Origin: Chloroflexota bacterium | GTDB taxonomy: Bacteria > Chloroflexota > Limnocylindria > Limnocylindrales > CSP1-4 | DNA length: 64,000 nucleotides | NCBI GenBank assembly: GCA_017881915.1 | Contig: JADGQK010000002.1 | Span: forward strand, 18,326-82,325 | Reading direction: 5' to 3' | Shown: one piece after another, positions 1-7,886 of the stretch | Numbering within the stretch: the first letter of the stretch is position 1 | How the letters are laid out: every line of letters begins with the position of its first letter | Program-made: the position numbers and the translations under genes | The notes under the pieces: generated by a model | Databases searched by the model: none | What the model was told of the DNA's origin: nothing | Seen by the model: only the letters and a program-made list of their open reading frames with translations

Positions 1-1
1 G

Positions 2-117
2 CGGCCGGTACCGGCAGCCGGCCGGGGCGGCCTGGTTTGCGCCCATTGCGGCTTCGCCTCTGCCCACGAGCGCGCCTTCTACTGCCCGAAGTGCGGCATG
101 CGACTCCTGCGCGGATA
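2..117 (+). CDS. 3' end of an upstream gene whose C-terminus is a double CxxC zinc ribbon (…LVCAHCGFASAHERAFYCPKCGMRLLRG*); 5' partial
   Basis: Frame-2 translation runs open from the window edge to TAA at 115-117 and contains CxHCG…CPKCG. High GC3 codon bias. Confidence 0.4.
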
Positions 118-129
118 ATCGCCGACCTG

Positions 130-510
130 ATGCCCACCTACGACTACATCTGCTCGAATTGCGGCAGGACGACCGAGGTCGTCCACTCGATCAACGGCAG
201 CGGGCCCGGCGCCTGCCCGGCCTGTGGAGCCCAGGGGACCCTGAGCAAGGCATTCAACCCCCCGACGGTCCATTTCAAGGGCTCTGGCTGGGCCAAGAAG
301 GATCGCCGCCCAGGCCGACCGAAGCCGGCCAAGCCGGCCGAATCGACCGAGTCCGGTCCATCCGGCGGCACAGGCCGACAGGGCGGCAGCTCCTCCGATA
401 CGGGTAGTGGAGGCAGCGACGGCAGCGCCAGCGGGACCGAGGCGAAGTCGGGTCCGGTCGCCGAGAAGGCCGCCCCAGCCGCGGCGTCGCCCACCTCGGT
501 GGCGGACTGA
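130..510 (+). CDS. FmdB-family zinc-ribbon protein (putative regulatory Zn ribbon) with Gly/Ser-rich acidic tail
   Basis: N-terminus MPTYDYICSNCGRTTEVVHSINGSGPGACPACGA matches the FmdB Zn-ribbon signature (CxxC…CPxCG). ATG at 130 lies inside a longer upstream-extended ORF. Confidence 0.75.
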   Translation: MPTYDYICSNCGRTTEVVHSINGSGPGACPACGAQGTLSKAFNPPTVHFKGSGWAKKDRRPGRPKPAKPAESTESGPSGGTGRQGGSSSDTGSGGSDGSASGTEAKSGPVAEKAAPAAASPTSVAD

Positions 511-512
511 TC

Positions 513-746
513 GTGGCCGCACCTTCGGACTGGATCACCCTGGCCGAGGCTGCCCGGATCCTGGCCGCGGCGAACATCCAGTTTCGGGCGGAGACGATCG
601 GACGCTGGGCAAGGACGGGACGGCTCCAGAGCATCAAGCTCGGTGGGCGCCGCTTCGTGCGTCGGGGCCAGGTCAGGGCGTTGGTCGCGGCGCCTCGGCA
701 TGTCCGCGCCGGAGACCTCCAGCCGGGGCTCTTCGAGGAACTCTAG
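513..746 (+). CDS. Excisionase/MerR-type helix-turn-helix DNA-binding protein
   Basis: 77 aa; ITLAEAARIL…SIKLGGRRFVRRGQVRAL is a typical HTH_17/excisionase-family motif. GTG start 3 nt after the FmdB stop suggests translational coupling. Confidence 0.7.
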   Translation: MAAPSDWITLAEAARILAAANIQFRAETIGRWARTGRLQSIKLGGRRFVRRGQVRALVAAPRHVRAGDLQPGLFEEL

Positions 747-807
747 GATCATCATCCTCGCACCTCCGGCGCCCGAGCCGCCCGAGCCGCCCGGCCGTTT
801 CGGCCGG

Positions 808-1671
808 TTGAAGCATGCCTGGAACCGTTTCCTCGTCCGGCGCCTGCCGCGCCGAATGAGGGCGGTGTTGGCTGCCTACGGACGGATCGGCGGGGGGATC
901 CTGGCCGACGGACTTGCCTATAACGCGCTCTTCGCGCTGCTGCCCGCCCTGCTCCTCGTTGTCGCTGTCATCGGTTTCATCGTCCACGAGCCGGCTCGCC
1001 AGGCGCAGATCGTGGACGCGATTGCGGCCAACCTGCCGCCGCTGCGCGACCTCCTTGGCCGGACGCTTGAGGCGATGGCCGCCGGCGCGACCGGAGTCTC
1101 GATCGTCGGCGTGGTCACCCTGACCTGGGGCGCCGGTCGTCTCGCCCGGGCCCTCGACACGAGCTTCGGCCGAGTCTTCAACCGGACTCCGGAACGGAGC
1201 ATCGTCCGCCGGTCGCTGCTGGGCGTGGCCTCGGTCCTCGTCCTGATCGTGGCCGTGGTCGTCGCCCTCGGACTGGCGTCGATCGCCTCGGCCGTGACCG
1301 CTGGGCTCGGCGATCGGACGGCCGAAGTTGATCTGGGCCGGCTCAGCCTGCTCAATCCCGTGGCGACGGCCCTGACCACGACGGTTGGCGTCGCGGCCGT
1401 CTATCGGTTCATCCCGGCCCACCACCCGCACTGGCGGGCGATCCGGATGCCCGCCTTTCTCGTCGGCGTGGCGACGGCCCTGTTCACCCAGCTGTTTGCC
1501 TTCGTCGCGCCCAGGTTGATCGGGATCGCGGTCCTGTACGGGGCAATCGCGGCCGTGTTCGCCGTGCTCGCGTGGCTGTCGATCGTGGCCCAGCTGCTCC
1601 TGGTCGGGCTTGTCTGGGTCCGTTTTCGCGAAGAAGGCTGGCCCGAGCCGGAGCCCCACAGGGAATCCTGA
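808..1671 (+). CDS. YihY/BrkB-family polytopic membrane protein
   Basis: Multiple TM helices. LKHAWNRF…LAYNALFALLPALLL… is the YihY N-terminal signature. Start uncertain (TTG 808 or ATG 856); the ORF is open from 643. Confidence 0.7.
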   Translation: MKHAWNRFLVRRLPRRMRAVLAAYGRIGGGILADGLAYNALFALLPALLLVVAVIGFIVHEPARQAQIVDAIAANLPPLRDLLGRTLEAMAAGATGVSIVGVVTLTWGAGRLARALDTSFGRVFNRTPERSIVRRSLLGVASVLVLIVAVVVALGLASIASAVTAGLGDRTAEVDLGRLSLLNPVATALTTTVGVAAVYRFIPAHHPHWRAIRMPAFLVGVATALFTQLFAFVAPRLIGIAVLYGAIAAVFAVLAWLSIVAQLLLVGLVWVRFREEGWPEPEPHRES

Positions 1672-3117
1672 TCAGCTTTGGCGCGACCCGCAGCGGCGGC
1701 AGAAGCGAGCCGTCGCCGATAGTGCCAACCCGCAGCCCACGCACGACTGGACCCCAACCTGGGCCGCCGGCTGTCCCGCCGCTTCAGACACCTCCTGGGC
1801 CGAGGCAGTCCACATGTCCGCTTCCCGGGCGACGCGGCCCGAATCCCCCGACGCCCAGAATGGCGGGGTGCTCAGGTCCACACCGGGCCGGAGCGGTGCG
1901 GGCCATTGGGGTGCCTGGACCGGGGGAGACTGGATCACGGGCGGCGGGACAGCCGGCGTCACGTCGCGGGCGGGTACACCGATCTGGGTGGGCCAGGCCG
2001 GCATCTCGATTCGGTCGCTGGCGGGTACGACGAGCTCAGGCGTCGTCTCGACCCGCGGACCGATCCGGGCATCCATGATGGGAGCCGGTACGGCCGTCGC
2101 GTCGCGATCGCCGATTGGGGCCTGGACACGGAACCGACCGAGCAGGCGCGTGGTGCGTGCTGCGAGCTCCTCGGCTCGGGCGTCCGCCGTGATTTGGACG
2201 GCCGGCGCGGGTGCGTCGGCCGGGCCGACGGCGCGCTCGATGCGGTCCTCGTCCGGCTCGACGAGCGGCGCCGCGGTCGGCATCGACCGCAAGTCGGGCG
2301 GAGCGGGTGGAGCCGTGGTCTCGTCGGGGGTGGCGGGGTCAGCCGTGGTCGGGCCGACGGATTCCGACGGGGCCTCGGAATGGTGGCCGTTGGCCGGTTC
2401 GGCGATCGGCGCGTACCCGGTGAAGGGACGGGTCCAGAAATCAATCGAAAGCTCGCCCTCGGCACTGCCCGCTGGCGCCACGTCGCCGGAGGTCGTCGCT
2501 GGGCCGCCTTCGCCCTGGAGTTCCGGCGCGGCTGCCACCGGCGGCTCCGGCTCAGTGACGGCCTCAGCCGTCTGTTCGAAAACCGGTTCAGCCGGCGCAG
2601 TTCGGAACAGGTCGATCGTGGGCCAGGCGGTGCCAATCACCTCCTGCGGCAACGGCCCCTCGAGCTGGGCGAGACCATTGCCGTTCGCTGCCTGGCCAGC
2701 CGAGCCGTCTGGGTCGGCGAGCGGGCTGACCAGCGGCGTCATGCCGCCACCGGCGAGCAGGTCGTCGAAGGGCGACCCGAGCTGTCCCGCGCCGATCGAC
2801 AACGGTGCGCAGCTCAGGCAGCGACCCTCTGTCTCGTTCCAGCAGTTGGAGCAGGTGTATTGCCGGCACGCCATGCAGAACTGGAAGGTCTGGTGGAAGG
2901 CGTCGAGCTGCCCGCCGCTGACTTCGCGCTGCTCTTCCGAACGTGCCTCAGCGAGCGCTTCGTCAAGCGACGCGTCATCGCTCAGGACGTAGTTCTTCAG
3001 GCCCTTCGAAAGAACCTTGAGCTTGCCGATTCGGCGCTTCTTCGGAATGGCCGCCTCGAACGTGTAGCGGGTGCCACATCGTTCACAGAACGACTCGGTC
3101 AGGATCTCGGCCATGCG
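1672..3117 (-). CDS. Pro/Thr/Ala-rich, predicted disordered protein carrying three zinc-ribbon modules (N-terminal, central, C-terminal)
   Basis: ATG at 3115-3117 preceded by GGAAG. CERCGTRY…, FCMACRQYTCSNCWNETEGRCLSCAP and CVGCGLALSATARFCRRCG clusters. No TM segments and a long low-complexity P/A/T/E-rich middle. The upstream 212 codons of the ORF are probably not coding. Confidence 0.6.
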   Translation of the reverse strand, partial: RMAEILTESFCERCGTRYTFEAAIPKKRRIGKLKVLSKGLKNYVLSDDASLDEALAEARSEEQREVSGGQLDAFHQTFQFCMACRQYTCSNCWNETEGRCLSCAPLSIGAGQLGSPFDDLLAGGGMTPLVSPLADPDGSAGQAANGNGLAQLEGPLPQEVIGTAWPTIDLFRTAPAEPVFEQTAEAVTEPEPPVAAAPELQGEGGPATTSGDVAPAGSAEGELSIDFWTRPFTGYAPIAEPANGHHSEAPSESVGPTTADPATPDETTAPPAPPDLRSMPTAAPLVEPDEDRIERAVGPADAPAPAVQITADARAEELAARTTRLLGRFRVQAPIGDRDATAVPAPIMDARIGPRVETTPELVVPASDRIEMPAWPTQIGVPARDVTPAVPPPVIQSPPVQAPQWPAPLRPGVDLSTPPFWASGDSGRVAREADMWTASAQEVSEAAGQPAAQVGVQSCVGCGLALSATARFCRRCGSRQS

Positions 3118-3282
3118 ACTTCCACGCGTGGGACAGGCCCGGGGTATCGCGCTCCCCAAGCGGGGCGAGAGTATAGCGCAGGGGTTTGACCCAACCCTGA
3201 GCCGCAGGTACCCCAAGGTAGCTCCCGATCGTACGGTTTGCCCGGCCGGCGGCATGACCGCCAGGGTCGATGGCCCGCCTTG

Positions 3283-3294
3283 CCTGCTAGACTC
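3283..3294 (+). promoter_or_regulatory. Extended -10 promoter element CCTGCTAGACTC (TGn-TAGACT) 10 nt upstream of the fhaA ATG; leaderless or near-leaderless
   Basis: Exact 12-mer also at 24573-24584 (+) and 44889-44900 (-). TANNNT -10 consensus with upstream TG. Confidence 0.45.
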
Positions 3295-3303
3295 CGGCCG
3301 ACC

Positions 3304-4065
3304 ATGCAGCCGATCGCCGCGGTGGAGCGCTTCCTCGAGCGGTTGCTCGAACGTCCCACAGCTCGCCTCTTCCGTTCGCCACTCCAGCCGATCCAGATCC
3401 AGCGTCGGATCGAGCGAGTCATGGAGAACGAGCGTCGCGCCATCCACGCGCGGACGCGGGTGCCGGATCGCTATCGGGTCCATCTGGCCCCGGCCGACGT
3501 CGCGGCCCTTGGGGCACGGGCTCCCCAGCTCGCCGCGGATCTGGCCGATGAAGCCCTCGCCTTCGCCCGGAGCCACGGCTACGCCCTCGATCATGCTCCG
3601 ACGGTCGAGCTGGTCGTCGACCGATCGGTGGCCAGCGGCGAGGTTCGCGTCGCGGCCAATCGGGTCGACGTCCAGCTCGATCCAGCCGAGCAGGAGCCGG
3701 GCGGGCAACCGGGCAGCCCCGACTTCACGAACACGCGGGCATTCGAGATCCAACCCGTCGCGGCGCCGGCGGCCGCCCTTTTCGAGCAGCGGCCGGACGG
3801 GGCCGGTCGTCGGTTCGTCTTCGACGGGGGGCCGCTGACGATCGGCCGGGCCTCCGACAACAACCTCGTCCTGGACGATCGCCGGGTGTCACGTCACCAC
3901 GCCCGCCTGCAGGCGCGGCGCGGGATGCTGGTCCTCACCGACCTCGACAGCGCCAATGGCTCGCGGGTCAACGGGGTGGCCATCTCGGAGGTCGCCCTGG
4001 GGGCGGGCGACCGAATCGAGATCGGCATGACCGTCTTCGTGATCGAAGCCGTCGCGCCTGGTTGA
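3304..4065 (+). CDS. fhaA: FhaA-like protein: N-terminal DUF3662 domain plus C-terminal FHA domain
   Basis: MQPIAAVERFLERLLE…LFRSPLQPIQIQRRI matches the FhaA N-terminal domain. The C-terminus has FHA hallmarks (GR…SR.HA…NGS.VNG). Synteny with fhaB-rodA-pbpA. Confidence 0.8.
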   Translation: MQPIAAVERFLERLLERPTARLFRSPLQPIQIQRRIERVMENERRAIHARTRVPDRYRVHLAPADVAALGARAPQLAADLADEALAFARSHGYALDHAPTVELVVDRSVASGEVRVAANRVDVQLDPAEQEPGGQPGSPDFTNTRAFEIQPVAAPAAALFEQRPDGAGRRFVFDGGPLTIGRASDNNLVLDDRRVSRHHARLQARRGMLVLTDLDSANGSRVNGVAISEVALGAGDRIEIGMTVFVIEAVAPG

Positions 4066-4502
4066 TGGACCCTTACGTCGTCGCGATCTGGATCGTCCGG
4101 ATTGCCTTCCTCGGCGGCCTGTACCTGTTCATGTTCGGGGTCACCCGGCTGCTGCTCCGGGATCTGCGGGCTGCCGCCAGGGACCCCGGTGGGGCACTCG
4201 CCCGGCTGGTGGTCGTGGGGTCGGACGTCAGCGAGCCGCTGCGCGGGACGGTGTTCGGCCTGGATGCAGTCGCGACGATCGGCCGCGACGTGAACAACTC
4301 GATCGTGGTCGAGGATGAGTTCGCCTCGACGGAGCATGCCACCCTGACCTTTCGCGGGCGGGCCTGGTACGTCGAGGATCTCGGCAGCACGAACGGCACG
4401 TTCGTCAACGGGCTGCGCATCGAGGGCTTGCGTGCGATCGGCTACGGCGACGAGCTGCAGGTGGGCCGGGTTCGCTTCCGCTTCGAGCGATCCCGACGAT
4501 GA
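4065..4502 (+). CDS. fhaB: FhaB/FipA-like protein: N-terminal TM helix plus FHA domain
   Basis: TM segment VVAIWIVRIAFLGGLYLFMF followed by an FHA domain (IGRD…S..HA…STNGTFVNG). Start overlaps the fhaA stop (TTG 4062 / ATG 4065). Confidence 0.8.
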   Translation: MDPYVVAIWIVRIAFLGGLYLFMFGVTRLLLRDLRAAARDPGGALARLVVVGSDVSEPLRGTVFGLDAVATIGRDVNNSIVVEDEFASTEHATLTFRGRAWYVEDLGSTNGTFVNGLRIEGLRAIGYGDELQVGRVRFRFERSRR

Positions 4503-5944
4503 CCCTCGCCGTCGGCCCCCGGGCCCGCCTCGTGATTAGCCGCATCCGGCCCCGGGCCCGCCGGCGCGAATCCGGCCTGATGATCGTCGTTGCCGTGGTG
4601 CTCCTCCTCGGGAGCGTGTCCCTCGGCGCGACCCAGCGTGAGCTGGCCGGCCAGAAGGTCAGCTGGCTGCCGGCCGACGCCGGCCAGCTCATCATCTACC
4701 TTGGCGCCCTCTTCGCCGGCCACGTCGCCCTGGTCCTGGCCGGTCGCCGCGCCGACCAGGTGCTCCTGCCCACGATCGGCCTGCTCGGGGGCGTCAGCCT
4801 CATCCTGATGGAACGGCTGCCCCAGTCGCTCGTCACCCAATCGCTGGCGGGCCGCACGTTCGGGCTGGCCTCGATCCAGCTCGGCTGGCTGCTGCTTGCG
4901 CTGGCCGTGATCACGATCGTCGCGCTGGCGGTCCGCTCAGACGCCTGGCTCCGCCGTTACAAGTACACCTGGGCAGCCGCCGGAATCGGCTTGTTGTTGC
5001 TGACCTTCCTGTTCGGCAACGAAGTGAATGGGGCCCTCCTGACGATCCAGATCGGACCGCTGAGTGGCCAGCCGACCGAGCTGATCAAGGTGATCCTGGT
5101 CATCTTCCTGGCCGGCTACCTGTCGGAATTCCGGCCGATCCTGGTCGAGGCGAGCATGCGCCTGGGTCCGCTTCGGCTGCCGCCCGTGCCCTACCTGCTA
5201 CCGATGCTGGCGATGTGGGCGATGGCCCTCGGAATCGTCGTGATCCAACGCGACCTGGGCGCCGCCTTGCTCTTCTTCGCTGTGTTCCTCGCCCTCGTCT
5301 ACATCGCGACCGCCCGAGCAAGCTACGTGGTCATCGGCCTGGTGCTGTTCGCGGCGGGCAGCGCCATCGCCTACCAGCTCTTCGGCACGGTCCGCGATCG
5401 AGTCGACATCTGGATCAACCCGTTCCTCGATGCGAGCGGCAAGGGCTACCAGGTCGTCCAGTCGCTGTATGCGTTCGCCCGCGGCGGGATTCTCGGGACC
5501 GGGCTGGGAGCCGGCCTGCCCCTGGTGGGCGGCCGCCTGCCCATTCCGGCAATCCACACCGACTTCCCATTCGCCGCGCTCGGCGAGGAGCTTGGCCTGA
5601 TCGGCGTCGTGGCGATCCTTGGCCTCTACCTGATCGTGATCGAGCGAGGCCTGCGCGTGGCGGCCTCGGCGGCCGACGACTTCCGCTCACTGCTCGCGGC
5701 CGGCCTGACCCTCGTCGTGGGCGTCCAGGCGTTCATCATCGCGGCCGGCAACCTCAAGCTGATCCCGTTGACCGGGGTCACCCTGCCGTTCATCAGCTAC
5801 GGCGGGTCGTCGCTGCTTGCCAACGGCGTCGTGATCGGCCTGCTCCTGGCCCTGTCCGATCGCGGCGTGGAGCCGCCGCCACCACCCCAGGTCGGCCGCG
5901 GTCGCCCGCGCTTCCTGGGTGGATCCCGGCGGGCAGCCCGATGA
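4499..5944 (+). CDS. rodA: FtsW/RodA/SpoVE-family peptidoglycan glycosyltransferase (SEDS)
   Basis: Ten-TM SEDS profile (…FQPSEL-like QPTELIKV…, RGGILGTGLGAG…PIPAIHTDFPFAAL). ATGA overlap with the fhaB stop. Position mirrors the mycobacterial fhaA-fhaB-(pstP)-rodA-pbpA cluster. Confidence 0.85.
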   Translation: MTLAVGPRARLVISRIRPRARRRESGLMIVVAVVLLLGSVSLGATQRELAGQKVSWLPADAGQLIIYLGALFAGHVALVLAGRRADQVLLPTIGLLGGVSLILMERLPQSLVTQSLAGRTFGLASIQLGWLLLALAVITIVALAVRSDAWLRRYKYTWAAAGIGLLLLTFLFGNEVNGALLTIQIGPLSGQPTELIKVILVIFLAGYLSEFRPILVEASMRLGPLRLPPVPYLLPMLAMWAMALGIVVIQRDLGAALLFFAVFLALVYIATARASYVVIGLVLFAAGSAIAYQLFGTVRDRVDIWINPFLDASGKGYQVVQSLYAFARGGILGTGLGAGLPLVGGRLPIPAIHTDFPFAALGEELGLIGVVAILGLYLIVIERGLRVAASAADDFRSLLAAGLTLVVGVQAFIIAAGNLKLIPLTGVTLPFISYGGSSLLANGVVIGLLLALSDRGVEPPPPPQVGRGRPRFLGGSRRAAR

Positions 5945-7434
5945 ACCAGCGTGACCGGGCGCCGATGGGCCGAGGGATCGCCCGAATTGGCCTGATCCTC
6001 AGCCTCCTTTTCGGCCTGATCGCCGTCGGCGCCGGGTACTGGCAGGTGGTCCGCGCGTCCGAGCTCAGCCGGGCGGCCGACAACCCCCTGGTGATCGCCG
6101 CGGCCCGGGACCTGGTCCGGGGCAGGATCCTCGATCGTACCGGGCTGGTCCTCGCCACGAGCAAGCGCGACACGAACGGCGAGCCGTATCGAACCTACGC
6201 CGATCGGTCGCTTGCGCCGTTGATCGGCTATGCCTCGCCGGTCTACGGGACGGCCGGCCTCGAGCGTGCCTACAACGCCCAGCTCAGCGGCCTGGGCAGT
6301 GCCAATTCGCTGGACGACCTGCTGTACAAGCTGGCCCCCAGCAGACGCCAGGGCGATGAACTCACCCTGAGCCTTTCGCTAAAGCTGCAGGAGGCGGCGG
6401 TCAAGGCCCTGGGAGCCGACCGGGGGGCCGTGGTCATGCTCGACCCCCGGACCGGGCGCGTCCTGGCCATGGCTTCGACCCCGGTCTTCGACGCAAGCGC
6501 GATCGCCAACCCAGTGACTGCCCAGGCGGCCTTCAATCGGACGTCCGCAGCAGCCGGCCAGCCGTTTCTCGATCGGGCCACGATGGGCCGCTACGTACCC
6601 GGCTCGGTGTTCAAGATCGTGACCTCGGTCGCCGCCCTCGGCTCGGGCGCCATCAACGCGTCCACCAGTTACTCGCAGCAGCCCGCCGCCGAGCAGACGG
6701 GCCTGCTCGTGTCCGGCTTCCGGATCCACGACGGCCATCACGATTTCACGGGTTCCCAGGCGCTCGACTACGACCAGGCGATCGAGGTCTCGTGCAACCT
6801 CTACTTCGCCCTGACCGGCCTGCGTACCGGCGGCGCCGCTCTCGCCGATTGGGCTGGCCGGCTGGGCTTCGGGGCTCCGATCCCGTTCGACCTGCCCACC
6901 GCCAGCAGCCAGGTGACAAACGGCGGCGGCTCGTTCGGCGGCGGTTTCAGTGACGCCGTCGAGCTGGCTAACGCCGCCTATGGCCAGGCCGAGACCCTCG
7001 TCACGCCGCTCCAGATGGCCCTCGTAGCCGCGAGCGTGGCGAACAGCGGAATCCTGATGAAGCCCGAACTGGTCACCGGGATCGCCGGTCCGAACGGCAA
7101 CCAGACGATCGCTCCAGAGGTCTGGCGGACCGTCATGACCCCGGCCGTGGCCGGCACGATCGGCAACGCAATGCGGCTCGCCGTGGAGAGTAACTGGGGC
7201 CGGATCTTCACGTCCGGCGCCGCGATCCCCGGGATTCTCACGGCCGGCAAGACCGGCACCGCCCAGATCGGCGGCAGCGCCGAGCCGAACTCGTGGTTCA
7301 TCGGCTATGCCCCGGCCAACGATCCCAAGGTGGCGATCGCGGTCATCGTTGAGCAGGGCGGCCACGGTTCGGCTCGCGCAGCGCCGATCGCCGGGTCGTT
7401 GATGAGCCTGTGGCTCAAGACCCTGAACCCGTGA
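5941..7434 (+). CDS. pbpA: Class B penicillin-binding protein / transpeptidase (PbpA-like)
   Basis: N-terminal TM anchor, then SVFK (SxxK), SCN (SxN) and KTGTA (KTG) motifs. ATGA overlap with the rodA stop. The longer ORF from 5215 is an artefactual 5' extension. Confidence 0.85.
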   Translation: MNQRDRAPMGRGIARIGLILSLLFGLIAVGAGYWQVVRASELSRAADNPLVIAAARDLVRGRILDRTGLVLATSKRDTNGEPYRTYADRSLAPLIGYASPVYGTAGLERAYNAQLSGLGSANSLDDLLYKLAPSRRQGDELTLSLSLKLQEAAVKALGADRGAVVMLDPRTGRVLAMASTPVFDASAIANPVTAQAAFNRTSAAAGQPFLDRATMGRYVPGSVFKIVTSVAALGSGAINASTSYSQQPAAEQTGLLVSGFRIHDGHHDFTGSQALDYDQAIEVSCNLYFALTGLRTGGAALADWAGRLGFGAPIPFDLPTASSQVTNGGGSFGGGFSDAVELANAAYGQAETLVTPLQMALVAASVANSGILMKPELVTGIAGPNGNQTIAPEVWRTVMTPAVAGTIGNAMRLAVESNWGRIFTSGAAIPGILTAGKTGTAQIGGSAEPNSWFIGYAPANDPKVAIAVIVEQGGHGSARAAPIAGSLMSLWLKTLNP

Positions 7435-7682
7435 GCGGCGAGCGCGACGAGCACGATGCGCCCGCGGCGGATGCTGGCGCGGCGGATCGTGGCGTGTCCC
7501 GGGAGAAGCGGCCCTTGCTCGAGCGCCTGGGTCTGGCCCTGATTGCCCTGGTCATTGGCGGGCTCTTCGGCGGGATGGCCCTGGCCGCATTGATCGGCGG
7601 CGAGCTGTTCCTCGCAGTCATGGCCGGGGTGGGCTGCGCGATGACCCTGTGGGTAGGTGGCCTGACTCTCGTCCGCGGCTGA
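7431..7682 (+). CDS. Small hydrophobic membrane protein (two TM helices) in the position where pknA/pknB follow pbpA in mycobacteria
   Basis: GTGA overlap with the pbpA stop. LGLALIALVIGGLFGGMALAALIGG…VMAGVGCAMTLWVGGL. GC3-rich codons. Confidence 0.45.
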   Translation: MSGERDEHDAPAADAGAADRGVSREKRPLLERLGLALIALVIGGLFGGMALAALIGGELFLAVMAGVGCAMTLWVGGLTLVRG

Positions 7683-7886
7683 CCCGAGCCCCCGCTCGCG
7701 GCCCAGCCGTGGGCACGACGCCTGGGGTCGGTTCCGCTGTTAACTCCGCGATCACCGCCGCTCACGGCGCGCTGATCAAGCGGCGCGACGATCGGCAGCG
7801 TGCATTGCGCAACTCGAGCCTCGCGCAACCTGTGGCAGTGGTCACGGGGCAGTCGGTCGGGCTCGGTGCCGTCGGGCCGGCCGCGT

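Noticed and set aside
770-795. Short tandem repeat GCCCGAGCC x2-3
   Set aside because: Lies inside the YihY upstream region/ORF, encoding PEPPEPP-like sequence. Too short to be a CRISPR or regulatory repeat array.
5215-5940. Long 5' extension of the pbpA ORF (739-aa ORF starting at 5215)
   Set aside because: The extension is Arg/Pro-rich nonsense in the alternative frame of ftsW/rodA. pbpA has a clean ATGA-coupled start at 5941 followed by a TM anchor.
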